From positions 162,026 to 226,025 of the forward strand of contig JAUCBJ010008795.1 of the NCBI GenBank assembly GCA_032718475.1: a stretch of DNA of 64,000 bases, given 5' to 3'. The position numbers were made by a program, and so were the translations under genes. The stretch is from Nemertoderma westbladi. Lineage: Eukaryota > Animalia > Xenacoelomorpha. The first letter of the stretch is position 1; every line of letters begins with the position of its first letter. This document shows, one piece after another, positions 12,491 through 27,500 of this stretch. The notes beneath the pieces were generated by a model. It was not told where the DNA came from, did not search any database, and was given only the letters and a program-made list of their open reading frames with translations.

Positions 12491-13819
12491 TGTTCCCAGA
12501 AGGATGTTATCCGTCACTATCCGTAGTTTTTGTGTAACAATTTTCACCCCCTTACGTGTCAAGAAACTTTCGACTGACATTAAATAAATTTCATGTGTTT
12601 TCTCGTATAAAATCTATTAACATCTTTCTTTCAATTGTATAACAGATATATCGGTTCATCATTATTTTTAATGATGTTTTATCATCTCCTACTCAATTGT
12701 ATTAGAATCCATTGGCCTGGGAGAGAAACCTGAAGAATAATAGATATGCGTATCCATCGGGAAATAATCGTATTGCAATTAATCTGAAAACTGCGGAATT
12801 GAAGGAAACCTTTAAAATAACTCTCTCCGGATATTCATCTAAACTAAACCTCCTCAATTATTCAGCAGAACTTTCCATTCCGCAGAGAAGGACTCTCAAA
12901 AGATTCCGGTAGGACTTCCATCCCTGTAGGCTGCCTATTTCCTTATCCTTAGCCATTTGGGAAAGCAATCTCCACCAACAATAATTAGCCAAACTCCATT
13001 GCGCAAAACCCTATATATATCACCCCCATATCTGTTAAGGCCAGCCCACAATTGATGTTCCCTCCAATGCTACAATCTAACCTAGCTTCTGACATCCCTA
13101 ATTAAACTTATGGCGTAACCTCGATATATTCGGTTGCAATATCCTTGTTTGCTCAGGAGATTTCCTGCCACGATTATGCAGGGACGTCATTCCCTCCAAC
13201 ACGAAGCACAGTAACTCATCGGCAAACATTCCACGATACACAAAGGGAGAATCAAATCCCCACATGCATAATTATGAAGATTTGACGAAGTTCTATACGG
13301 ATATAATAAGAAGGTAAAGGCGAATTATATAATTCAATATGTTTAATCATTCATCAGTGATCTATAATATAATCCTGATAGAATAGATGGTATTAAGTTA
13401 CATCAAGAGGTCAACTCAAGTCAATATGTAATTTATTCCGAAGGGGAAACATTACAAAATCTTGGGCAAATAATAATCACATTCTATTTAAGGTTATTAT
13501 CACTTTATCACTTGACAAACACTTGATAAAGTGTCCCTAGTTTGTACACTAATTTCTCCCTTTCTGTGCTTATTAGAAATAATGAACTATTATCATTGCC
13601 GTTGAAGGTTATTCAGTGAGTATTTTTCAGTATATTACTCAGATTTCGTTAATGTGCGGGAATTAGTATCGGAGTTTCCATGTTTGTAAACCAAAGAGAA
13701 AATTATCGTGATCTCATCAATTGTAAGGCTACCGTGTAATATAAACATTTATCAAGATCTTGGTAAAGTTATTGTGGATTACTTTAAGATATGAAATGGA
13801 AGTCAGATAATACGTTGAA

Positions 13820-15420
13820 ATCTTAAGGTCCGATTATTTAAAGCAGCAGTAGTTCCAGTACTCCACTATGGGAGTCCATGTTGGGCTCTAAATGCTGAGG
13901 ACACCAAATCTCTGGATAGCACTTACACATGAATGCTACACGGGGTTCACCGGATCTAGGACACTTCCCCCCCGGACACTTCCCCCCCCCCCCGGACACT
14001 TGCCCCCCGGACACTTCCCTCCCAGTTAAGTGTTAAAATTAATCTGGGTGCATCAAAGCAATAAACAAAAGTTAAAGATGGTTACAGGACAAGTTGTATC
14101 TAGACAAGTTTTTCAAAATTATAAAAGAAACATTTTTATAGTCAAATTTTGTTTGTTTTTCTTTTAATTCCTTTAATTCTTTTAATTTCTTTTAATTGGG
14201 GGCTGCCGCCCCCAAACCCCCGCTTCTTTTCTTGGGGGCTGCCGCCCCCAAACCCCCGCTTCTTTTCTTGGGGGTTATCGCCCCCAGTCCCCGGCATTTC
14301 CCTGAGTGCCCGTGGTGAAAGACTTAAGACCACTTTGAAATAATTAATCATGTTTGTATCATCAGATAATAAATTGACTAAGCCTAAAGTAGGAGCTGTA
14401 TTGAATGTTAACCAAATTAATATTTAAATTACTACAATATTATATAATTCAACAAAATCCTATTAAAAATATTGCAAGTAACCAGGAAATTTAATATGTA
14501 GTGTGTATAATATCTATATAGTATGTATAGTAGTAATATATATATCAATATGTAATGCTGAACACAGAATACAGGTCGACGCATGTCGATTTTACCCTGG
14601 AGAGGTATAATTTTGATTGCAACAATAATATTCATCCCCATCTGCTACAATTTGAAGAAGACTATTACATAATAATATCTATAATTAAAACAATTAATTA
14701 TTATAATTCTATAGTTAATAAAAACAGTATATCATTCCGGGGATGGAATTTATAGGTCATCTAATATAATTAATTGTTTAAAGATTAGCAAACAATACGA
14801 TGTAATTGCATTGATAAAACCCATAAATAAAACTTGGATATAAAATGTAAAATCGGGATGCAAAAGATCACTTTCTGAGCTAAGAAAGGAAAATTGGATA
14901 CAACTTATCTGGATACAAGCGGTCCGTTTACCTTACAAATTGAAAAATACGGATGTGCGAAGTTAAGAGCAGTCGGGGGGGAAGTGTCCGCGGGGGGGAA
15001 GTGTCTGGGGGGGAAGTGTCCGGGGGGGAAGTGTCCTACTTGAGCGGGGGGGAACTGTCCGGGGGGGATGTGTCCGGGGGGGAAGTGTCCGAACACAGGT
15101 TCACCGTGTCAAGTGCAATGAACACGTCACACATCTACAGACCATATACAACATTGTTTCATTAGTACCTACATGCTTTACACTTGAACAAAGCCGCCTC
15201 CGCTTCGAGCTTTCGCCGTGAGGTCCAGCCTGTGTACAATCTAGTGATTTGGCAGCCCCATGGAGAAAATAGAAAATAAGCATGATGGACCTCTCATGCC
15301 TTTTGTGAGACCCTCTTAACTTAAAGGACACTGGCCTTGAAGATGCATGCGGATAATCTCGCGAAAGTCATGGGGGGTAGATCATTGTGGCGGTGCAATT
15401 TCCTTGATTAGCCCCCATAG
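13820..15420 (+). mobile_element. 5'-truncated copy of the RTE LINE at 1-1277, split by a MITE
   Basis: 13820-13952 matches window ~785-915; 15098-15420 resumes with window ~910-1220. Confidence 0.85.
13953..15097. mobile_element. Non-autonomous DNA transposon (Mutator-like MITE) with subterminal GGACACTTCCCCC repeats
   Basis: GGTTCACCG duplicated at 13944-13952 and 15098-15106 (8-9-bp TSD); inverted ggacacttcccc / ggggaagtgtcc arrays at the two ends; interrupts a LINE copy. Confidence 0.8.
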
Positions 15421-15434
15421 CGGTGTTCACTAAC

Positions 15435-15570
15435 CTGAGCTTTTAAATTAGTCCGTTTTGCTGAGTTTATTTTATTCGCAACCTCTTTGGCTATGGTCAC
15501 CATGGCAGCACGACCTTTAGGGAGAAACCGTGTTACTGATAGGTTCTGCCGAATATATTCTTCTTGTAAC
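15435..15570 (-). CDS. PACC1: PAC/TMEM206-like channel, internal exon (136 nt, phase 2 to 0)
   Basis: ttattcttatttag|G ... GCTCAG|gttagt. Translates LQEEYIRQNLSVTRFLPKGRAAMVTIAKEVANKINSAKRTNLKAQ, colinear with human ...SSWKFSGGFRTWVKMSLVKTKEEDGREAVEFRQE. Phases fit both neighbouring exons. Confidence 0.8.
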
Positions 15571-15587
15571 CTAAATAAGAATAATTT

Positions 15588-18500
15588 AATACCTACAAAT
15601 ATATAGAGTCAGCTGGAACAATATGTGAATATCTTGAATAGAGATAGCTGGAACAATAAGTGAATATCTTGTATAGAGATAACTGGAACAATAAGATAAT
15701 ATCTACAATTTGTATAGAGATAGCTGGAACAATAAGTGAATAAAACTTGTATAAAGATAGCTGGAACAATAAGTGCCTATCTTGTATAGAGATAGCTGGA
15801 ACAATAAGATAATATCTACAATTTGTATAGAGATAGCTGGAACAATAAGTTAATAAAACTTGTGTAAAGATAGCTGGAACAATAAGTGCCTATCTTGTAT
15901 AGAGATAGCTGGAACAATACGTGAATACCTACAATTTGTATAGAGTTAGCTGGAACAATAAGTGAATACCTATAATTTGTATAGAGATAGCTGGAACAAT
16001 AAGTGAATAACTTGTATAGAGATAGCTGGAACAATAAGTGAATATCTTGTATAGAGATAGCTGGAACAATAAGTGAATATCTTGTATAGAGATAGCTGGA
16101 ATAATAATAAGTGAATATCTTGTATAGAGATAACTGGAACAATACGTGAATAACTACCATTTGTATAGAGATAGCTGGAACAATAAGTGAATAACTTGTA
16201 TAGAGATAGCTGGAACAATACGTGAATACCTACAATTTGTATAGAGATAGCTGGAACAATACGTGAATACCTACAATTTGTATAGAGATAGCTGGAACAA
16301 TAAGTGAATAACTTGTATAAAGATAGCTAGAATAATAAGTGAATATCTCGTATAGAGATAGCTGGAACAATTAATGAATATCTTGTATAGAGATAGCTGG
16401 AACAATAAGTGAATATCTTGTATAGAGAAAGCTGGAACAATAAGTGAATATCTTGTATAGAGATAGCTGGAACAATAAGTAAATATCTTGTATAGAGATA
16501 GCTGGAACAATAAGTGAATAACTTGTATAGAGATAGCTGGAACAATAAGTGAATATCTTGTATAGAGATAGCTGGAACAATAAGTGAATATCTTGCATAG
16601 AGATAGCTGGAACAATAAGTGAATAACTTGTATAGAGATAGCTGGAACAATAAGTGAATATCTTGTATAGAGATAGCTGGAACAATATGTGAATATCTTG
16701 TATAGAGTTAGCTGGAACAATAAGTGAATATCTTGTATAGATATATCTGGAACAATAAGTGAATATCTTGTATAGAGATAGCTGGAACAATAAGTTAATA
16801 ACTAGTATAGAGATAGCTGGAACAATAAGTGAATAACTAGTATAGAGATAGCTGGGACAATACGTGAATACCTACAATTTGTATAGAGATAGCTGGAACT
16901 ATAAGTGAATAACTTGTATAAAGATAGCTAGAACAATAAGTGAATATCTCGTATAGAGATAGCTGGAACAATAAGTGAATATCTTGTATAGAGATAGCTG
17001 GAACAATAAGTGACTATCTTGTATAGAGATAGCTGGAACAATAAGTGAATATCTTGTATAGAGATAGCTGGAACAATAAGTGAATATCTTGTATAGATAT
17101 AGCTGGAACAATAAGTGCATAACTTGTATAGAGATAGCTGGAACAATAAGTGAATATCTTGTATAGAGATAGCTGGAATAATAGGTGAATAACTAGTATA
17201 GAGATAGCTGGAACAATACGTGAATACCTACAATTTGTATAAAGATAGCTGGAACAATTAGTGAATAACTTGTATAGAGATAGCTGGTACAATACGTGAA
17301 TACCTACAATTTGTATAGAGATAGCTGGAACAATAAGCGAATAACTTGTATAAAGATAGCTAGAACAATAAGTGAATATCTTGTATAGAGATAGCTGGAA
17401 CAATAAGTGAATATCTTGTATAGAGATAGCTGGAACAATAAGTGCATAACTTGTATAGAGATAGCTGGAACAATAAGTGAATATCTTGTATAGAAATAGC
17501 TGGAACAATACGTGAATACCTACAATTTGTATAGAGATAACTGGAATAATAAGTGAATAACTTGTATAGAGATAGCTGGAACAATAAGTGAATATCTTGT
17601 ATAGAGATAACTGGAACAATAAGTGAATAACTAGTATAGAGATAGCTGGAACAATAAGTGAATAACTAGTATAGAGATAGCTGGGACAATACGTGAATAC
17701 CTACAATTTGTATAGAGATAGCTGGAACAATAAGTGAATATCTTGTATAGAGATAGCTGGAACAATAAGTGAATATCTTGTATAGAGATAGCTGAAACAA
17801 TAAGTGAATAACTTGTATAGAGATAGCTGGAACAATAAGTGAATATTTTGTATAGAGATAGCTGGAACAATAAGTGAATATCTTGTATAGAGATAGCTGG
17901 AACAATAAGTGAATATCTTGTATAGAGATAGCTGGAACAATAAATGCATAACTTGTATAGAGATAGCTGGAACATTAAGTGAATATCTTGTATAGAGATA
18001 GCTGGAACAATAAGTGAATAACTAGTATAGAGATAGCTGGGACAATACGTGAATACCTACAATTTGTATAGAGATAGCTGGAACAATAAGTGAATATCTT
18101 GTATAGAGATAGCTGGAACAATAAGTGAATAACTAGTATAGAGATAGCTGGAACAATATGTGAATACCTACAATTTGTATAGAGATAACTGGAATAAAAA
18201 GTGAATAACTTGTATAGAGATAACTGGCACAATAAGTGAATATCTTGTATAGAGATAACTGGAACAATAAGTGAATAACTAGTATAGAGATAGCTGGAAC
18301 AATAAGTGAATAACTTGTATAGAGATAGCTGGAACAATAAGTGAATATCTTGTATAGAGATAGCTGGAACAATAAGTGAATAACTAGTATAGAGATAGCT
18401 GGGACAATACGTGAATACCTACAATTTGTATAGAGATAGCTGGAACAATAAGTGAATAACTTGTATAGAGATAGCTGGAACAATAAGTGAATAACTAGTA

Positions 18501-21500
18501 TAGAGATAGCTGGGACAATACGTGAATACCTACAATTTGTATAGAGATAGCTGGAACAATAAGTGAATAACCTGTATAGAGATAGCTGGAACAATAAGTG
18601 AATAACTAGTATAGAGATGACTGGAACAATAAGTGAATAACTAGTATAGAGATAGCTGGAACAATAAGTGAATAACTTGTATAGAGATAGATGGAACAAT
18701 AAGTGAATATCTTGTATAGAGATAGCTGGAACAATAAGTGAATAACTTGTATAGAGATAGCTGGAACAATAAGTGAATATCTTGTATAGAGATAGCTGGA
18801 ACAATAAGTGAATATCTTGTATAGAGTTAGCTGGAACATAAGTGAATATCTTGGATAGAGATAGCTGGAACACTAAGTGAATATCTTGTATAGAGATAGC
18901 TGGAACAATAAGTGAATAACTAGTATAGAGATAGCTGGGACAATACGTGAATACCTACAATTTGTATAGAGATAGCTGGAACAATAAGTGAATATCTTGT
19001 ATAGAGATAGCTGGAACAATAAGTGAATAACTTGTATAGAGATAGCTGGAACAATAAGTGAATAACTAGTATAGAGATAGCTGGGACAATACGTGAATAC
19101 CTACAATTTGTATAGAGATAGCTGGAACAATAAGTGAATAACTTGTATAGAGATATCTGGAAAAATAAGTGAATATCTTGTATAGAGATAACTGGAACAA
19201 TAAGTGAATAACTAGTATAGAGATAGCTGGAACAAAAGTGAATAACTTGTATAGAGATAGCTGGAACAATAAGTGACTATCTTGTATAGAGATAGCTGGA
19301 ACAATAAGTGAATATCTAGTATAGAGATAGCTGGAACAATAAGTGAATAACTAGTATAGAGATAGCTGGGACAATACGTGAATACCTACAATTTGTATAG
19401 AGATAGCTGGAACAATAAGTGAATATCTTGTATAGAGATAGCTGGAACAATAAGTGAATAACTTGTATAGAGATAGCTGGAACAATAAGTGAATAACTAG
19501 TATAGAGATAGCTGGGACAATACGTGAATACCTACAATTTGTATAGAGATAGCTGGAACAATAAGTGAATAACTTGTATAGAGATATCTGGAAAAATAAG
19601 TGAATATCTTGTATAGAGATAACTGGAACAATAAGTGAATAACTAGTATAGAGATAGCTGGAACAAAAGTGAATAACTTGTATAGAGATAGCTGGAACAA
19701 TAAGTGACTATCTTGTATAGAGATAGCTGGAACAATAAGTGAATAACTAGTATAGAGATAGCTGGAACAATAAGTGAATATCTTGTATAGAGATAGCTGG
19801 AACAATAAGTGAATATCTTGTATAGAGATAGCTGGAACACTAAGTGAATAACTTGTATAGAGATAGCTGGAACAATAAGTGAATATCTTGTATAGAGATA
19901 GCTGGAACAATAAGTGAATAACTAGTATAGAGATAGCTGGAACAATAAGTGAATATCTTGTATAGAGATAGCTGGAACACTAAGTGAATATCTCGTATAT
20001 AGATAGCTGGAACAATAAGTGAATATCTTGTATAGAGATAGCTGGAACAATAAGTTAATATCTTGTATAGAGATAGCTGGAACAATAAGTGAATATCTTG
20101 CATAGAGATAGCTGGAACAATAAGTGAATAACTTGTATAGAGATAGCTGGAACAATAAGTGAATATCTTGTATAGAGATAGCTGGAACAATAAGTGAATA
20201 TCTTGTATAGAGTTAGCTGGAACAATAAGTGAATATCTTGTATAGAGATATCTGGAACAATAAGTGAATATCTTGTATAGAGATAGCTGGAACAATAAGT
20301 TAATAACTAGTATAGAGATAGCTGGAACAATAAGTGAATAACTAGTGTAGAGATAGCTGGGACAATACGTGAATACCTACAATTTGTATAGAGATAGCTG
20401 GAACAATAAGTGAATATCTTGAAGAGATAACTGGAACAATAAGTGAATAACTTGTATAGAAATAGCTGGAACAATAAGTGAATAACTAGTATAGAGATAG
20501 CTGGAACAATAAGTGAATATCTTGTATAGAGATAGCTGGAACAATAAGTGAATATCTTGTATAGAGTTAGCTGGAACAATAAGTGAATATCTTGTATAGA
20601 GATATCTGGAACAATAAGTGAATATCTTGTATAGAGATAGCTGGAACAATAAGTTAATAACTAGTATAGAGATAGCTGGAACAATAAGTGAATAACTAGT
20701 GTAGAGATAGCTGGGACAATACGTGAATACCTACAATTTGTATAGAGATAACTGGAATAAAAAGTGAATAACTTGTATAGAGATAACTGGCACAATAAGT
20801 GAATATCTTGTATAGAGATAACTGGAACAATAAGTGAATAACTAGTATAGAGATAGCTGGAACAATAAGTGAATAACTTGTATAGAGATAGCTGGAACAA
20901 TAAGTGAATATCTTGTATAGAGATAGCTGGAACAATAAGTGAATAACTAGTATAGAGATAGCTGGGACAATACGTGAATACCTACAATTTGTATAGAGAT
21001 AGCTGGAACAATAAGTGAATAACTTGTATAGAGATAGCTGGAACAATAAGTGAATAACTAGTATAGAGATAGCTGGGACAATACGTGAATACCTACAATT
21101 TGTATAGAGATAGCTGGAACAATAAGTGAATAACCTGTATAGAGATAGCTGGAACAATAAGTGTATAACTAGTATAGAGATAACTGGAACAATAAGTGAA
21201 TAACTAGTATAGAGATAGCTGGAACAATAAGTGAATAACTTGTATAGAGATAGCTGGAACAATAAGTGAATATCTTGTATAGAGATAGCTGGAACAATAA
21301 GTGAATAACTTGTATAGAGATAGCTGGAACAATAAGTGAATATCTTGTATAGAGATAGCTGGAACAATAAGTGAATATCTTGTATAGAGTTAGCTGGAAC
21401 ATAAGTGAATATCTTGGATAGAGATAGCTGGAACACTAAGTGAATATCTTGTATAGAGATAGCTGGAACAATAAGTGAATAACTAGTATAGAGATAGCTG

Positions 21501-24500
21501 GGACAATACGTGAATACCTACAATTTGTATAGAGATAGCTGGAACAATAAGTGAATATCTTGTATAGAGATAGCTGGAACAATAAGTGAATAACTTGTAT
21601 AGAGATAGCTGGAACAATAAGTGAATAACTAGTATAGAGATAGCTGGGACAATACGTGAATACCTACAATTTGTATAGAGATAGCTGGAACAATAAGTGA
21701 ATAACTTGTATAGAGATATCTGGAAAAATAAGTGAATATCTTGTATAGAGATAACTGGAACAATAAGTGAATAACTAGTATAGAGATAGCTGGAACAAAA
21801 GTGAATAACTTGTATAGAGATAGCTGGAACAATAAGTGACTATCTTGTATAGAGATAGCTGGAACAATAAGTGAATATCTAGTATAGAGATAGCTGGAAC
21901 AATAAGTGAATAACTAGTATAGAGATAGCTGGGACAATACGTGAATACCTACAATTTGTATAGAGATAGCTGGAACAATAAGTTAATATCTTGTATAGAG
22001 ATAGCTGGAACAATAAGTGAATATCTTGCATAGAGATAGCTGGAACAATAAGTGAATAAGTTGTATAGAGATAGCTGGAACAATAAGTGAATATCTTGTA
22101 TAGAGATAGCTGGAACAATAAGTGAATATCTTGTATAGAGTTAGCTGGAACAATAAGTGAATATCTTGTATAGAGATATCTGGAACAATAAGTGAATATC
22201 TTGTATAGAGATAGCTGGAACAATAAGTTAATAACTAGTATAGAGATAGCTGGAACAATAAGTGAATAACTAGTGTAGAGATAGCTGGGACAATACGTGA
22301 ATACCTACAATTTGTATAGAGATAGCTGGAACAATAAGTGAATATCTTGAAGAGATAACTGGAACAATAAGTGAATAACTTGTATAGAAATAGCTGGAAC
22401 AATAAGTGAATAACTAGTATAGAGATAGCTGGAACAATAAGTGAATATCTTGTATAGAGATAGCTGGAACAATAAGTGAATATCTTGTATAGAGTTAGCT
22501 GGAACAATAAGTGAATATCTTGTATAGAGATATCTGGAACAATAAGTGAATATCTTGTATAGAGATAGCTGGAACAATAAGTTAATAACTAGTATAGAGA
22601 TAGCTGGAACAATAAGTGAATAACTAGTGTAGAGATAGCTGGGACAATACGTGAATACCTACAATTTGTATAGAGATAACTGGAATAAAAAGTGAATAAC
22701 TTGTATAGAGATAACTGGCACAATAAGTGAATATCTTGTATAGAGATAACTGGAACAATAAGTGAATAACTAGTATAGAGATAGCTGGAACAATAAGTGA
22801 ATAACTTGTATAGAGATAGCTGGAACAATAAGTGAATATCTTGTATAGAGATAGCTGGAACAATAAGTGAATAACTAGTATAGAGATAGCTGGGACAATA
22901 CGTGAATACCTACAATTTGTATAGAGATAGCTGGAACAATAAGTGAATAACTTGTATAGAGATAGCTGGAACAATAAGTGAATAACTAGTATAGAGATAG
23001 CTGGGACAATACGTGAATACCTACAATTTGTATAGAGATAGCTGGAACAATAAGTGAATAACCTGTATAGAGATAGCTGGAACAATAAGTGTATAACTAG
23101 TATAGAGATAACTGGAACAATAAGTGAATAACTAGTATAGAGATAGCTGGAACAATAAGTGAATAACTTGTATAGAGATAGCTGGAACAATAAGTGAATA
23201 TCTTGTATAGAGATAGCTGGAACAATAAGTGAATAACTTGTATAGAGATAGCTGGAACAATAAGTGAATATCTTGTATAGAGATAGCTGGAACAATAAGT
23301 GAATATCTTGTATAGAGTTAGCTGGAACATAAGTGAATATCTTGGATAGAGATAGCTGGAACACTAAGTGAATATCTTGTATAGAGATAGCTGGAACAAT
23401 AAGTGAATAACTAGTATAGAGATAGCTGGGACAATACGTGAATACCTACAATTTGTATAGAGATAGCTGGAACAATAAGTGAATATCTTGTATAGAGATA
23501 GCTGGAACAATAAGTGAATAACTTGTATAGAGATAGCTGGAACAATAAGTGAATAACTAGTATAGAGATAGCTGGGACAATACGTGAATACCTACAATTT
23601 GTATAGAGATAGCTGGAACAATAAGTGAATAACTTGTATAGAGATATCTGGAAAAATAAGTGAATATCTTGTATAGAGATAACTGGAACAATAGGTGAAT
23701 AACTAGTATAGAGATAGCTGGAACAAAAGTGAATAACTTGTATAGAGATAGCTGGAACAATAAGTGACTATCTTGTATAGAGATAGCTGGAACAATAAGT
23801 GAATATCTAGTATAGAGATAGCTGGAACAATAAGTGAATAACTAGTATAGAGATAGCTGGGACAATACGTGAATACCTACAATTTGTATAGAGATAGCTG
23901 GAACAATAAGTGAATATCTTGTATAGAGATAGCTGGAACAATAAGTGAATAACTTGTATAGAGATAGCTGGAACAATAAGTGAATAACTAGTATAGAGAT
24001 AGCTGGGACAATACGTGAATACCTACAATTTGTATAGAGATAGCTGGAACAATAAGTGAATAACTTGTATAGAGATATCTGGAAAAATAAGTGAATATCT
24101 TGTATAGAGATAACTGGAACAATAAGTGAATAACTAGTATAGAGATAGCTGGAACAAAAGTGAATAACTTGTATAGAGATAGCTGGAACAATAAGTGACT
24201 ATCTTGTATAGAGATAGCTGGAACAATAAGTGAATAACTAGTATAGAGATAGCTGGAACAATAAGTGAATATCTTGTATAGAGATAGCTGGAACAATAAG
24301 TGAATATCTTGTATAGAGATAGCTGGAACACTAAGTGAATAACTTGTATAGAGATAGCTGGAACAATAAGTGAATATCTTGTATAGAGATAGCTGGAACA
24401 ATAAGTGAATAACTAGTATAGAGATAGCTGGAACAATAAGTGAATATCTTGTATAGAGATAGCTGGAACACTAAGTGAATATCTCGTATATAGATAGCTG

Positions 24501-27500
24501 GAACAATAAGTGAATATCTTGTATAGAGATAGCTGGAACAATAAGTGAATATCTTGTATAGAGATAGCTGGAACAATAAGTGAATATCTTGCATAGAGAT
24601 AGCTGGAACAATAAGTTAATATCTTGTATAGAGATAGCTGGAACAATAAGTGAATATCTTGTATAGAGATAGCTGGAACAATAAGTGAATATCTTGCATA
24701 GAGATAGCTGGAACAATAAGTGAATAACTTGTATAGAGATAGCTGGAACAATAAGTGAATATCTTGTATAGAGATAGCTGGAACAATAAGTGAATATCTT
24801 GTATAGAGTTAGCTGGAACAATAAGTGAATATCTTGTATAGAGATATCTGGAACAATAAGTGAATATCTTGAATAGAGATAGCTGGAACAATAAGTTAAT
24901 AACTAGTATAGAGATAGCTGGAACAATAAGTGAATAACTAGTGTAGAGATAGCTGGGACAATACGTGAATACCTACAATTTGTATAGAGATAGCTGGAAC
25001 AATAAGTGAATATCTTGTATAGAGATAACTGGAACAATAAGTGAATAAGCTGGAACAATAAGTGAATAACTTGTATAGAGATAGCTGGAACAATAAGTGA
25101 ATATCTTGTATAGAGATAGCTGGAACAATAAGTGAATATCTTGTATAGAGATAGCTGAAACAATAAGTGAATAACTTGTTTAGAGATAGCTGGAACAATA
25201 AGTGAATATTTTGTATAGAGATAGCTGGAACAATAAGTGAATATCTTGTATAGAAATAGCTGGAACAATAAGTGAATATCTTGTATAGAGATAGCTGGAA
25301 CAATAAGTGAATATCTTGTATAGAGATAGCTGGAACAATAAGTGAGTATCTTGTATAGAGATAGCTGGAACAATAAGTGAATATCTTGTATAGAGATAGC
25401 TGGAACAATAAATGCATAACTTGTATAGAGATAGCTGGAACAATAAGTGAATAACTAGTATATAGATAGCTGGAACAATAAGTGAATATCTTGTATAGAG
25501 ATAGCTGGAACAATAAGTGAATATTTCGCATATAGATAGCTGGAACAATAAGTGAATATCTTGTATAGAGATAGCTGGAACAATAAGTGCATAACTTGTA
25601 TAGAGATAGCTGGAACAATAAGTGAATATTTTGCATAGAGATAGCTGGAACAATAAATGAATATTTTGCATAGAGATAGCTGGAACAATAAGTGAATAAC
25701 TTGTATAGAGATAGCTGGAACAATAAGTGAATATCTTGTATAGAGATAGCTGGAACACTAAGTGAATATCTCGTATATAGATAGCTGGAACAATAAGTGA
25801 ATATCTTGTATAGAGATAGCTGGAACAATAAGTGAATATTTTGCATAGAGATAGCTGGAACAATAAGTGAATATCTTGTATAGAGATAGCTGGAACACTA
25901 AGTGAATATCTCGTATAGAGATAGCTGGGACAATAAGTGAATAACTAGTATAGAGATAGCTGGAACAATAAGTGAATATCTTGCATAGAGATAGCTGGAA
26001 CAATAAGTGAATAACTTGTATAGAGATAGCTGGAACAATAAGTGAATATCTTGTATAGAGATATCTGGAACAATAAGTGAATATCTTGTATAGAGATAGC
26101 TGGGACAATACGTGAATACCTACAATTTGTATAGAGATAGCTGGAACAATAAGTGAATAACTTGTATAGAGATATCTGGAAAAATAAGTGAATATCTTGT
26201 ATAGAGATAACTGGAACAATAAGTGAATAACTAGTATAGAGATAGCTGGAACAAAAGTGAATAACTTGTATAGAGATAGCTGGAACAATAAGTGACTATC
26301 TTGTATAGAGATAGCTGGAACAATAAGTGAATAACTAGTATAGAGATAGCTGGAACAATAAGTGAATATCTTGTATAGAGATAGCTGGAACAATAAGTGA
26401 ATATCTTGTATAGAGATAGCTGGAACACTAAGTGAATAACTTGTATAGAGATAGCTGGAACAATAAGTGAATATCTTGTATAGAGATAGCTGGAACAATA
26501 AGTGAATAACTAGTATAGAGATAGCTGGAACAATAAGTGAATATCTTGTATAGAGATAGCTGGAACACTAAGTGAATATCTCGTGTATAGATAGCTGGAA
26601 CAATAAGTGAATATCTTGTATAGAGATAGCTGGAACAATAAGTGAATATCTTGTATAGAGATAGCTGGAACAATAAGTGAATATCTTGCATAGAGATAGC
26701 TGGAACAATAAGTTAATATCTTGTATAGAGATAGCTGGAACAATAAGTGAATATCTTGTATAGAGATAGCTGGAACAATAAGTGAATATCTTGCATAGAG
26801 ATAGCTGGAACAATAAGTGAATAACTTGTATAGAGATAGCTGGAACAATAAGTGAATATCTTGTATAGAGATAGCTGGAACAATAAGTGAATATCTTGTA
26901 TAGAGTTAGCTGGAACAATAAGTGAATATCTTGTATAGAGATATCTGGAACAATAAGTGAATATCTTGTATAGAGATAGCTGGAACAATAAGTTAATAAC
27001 TAGTATAGAGATAGCTGGAACAATAAGTGAATAACTAGTGTAGAGATAGCTGGGACAATACGTGAATACCTACAATTTGTATAGAGATAGCTGGAACAAT
27101 AAGTGAATATCTTGTATAGAGATAGCTGGAACAATAAGTGAATATCTTGTATAGAGATAACTGGAACAATAAGTGAATAAGCTGGAACAATAAGTGAATA
27201 ACTTGTATAGAGATAGCTGGAACAATAAGTGAATATCTTGTATAGAGATAGCTGGAACAATAAGTGAATATCTTGTATAGAGATAGCTGAAACAATAAGT
27301 GAATAACTTGTTTAGAGATAGCTGGAACAATAAGTGAATATTTTGTATAGAGATAGCTGGAACAATAAGTGAATATCTTGTATAGAAATAGCTGGAACAA
27401 TAAGTGAATATCTTGTATAGAGATAGCTGGAACAATAAGTGAATATCTTGTATAGAGATAGCTGGAACAATAAGTGAGTATCTTGTATAGAGATAGCTGG

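Noticed and set aside
12700-13280. Coding-looking stretch (possible decayed retroelement or exon)
   Set aside because: I could not recognise a sustained frame or motif on either strand.
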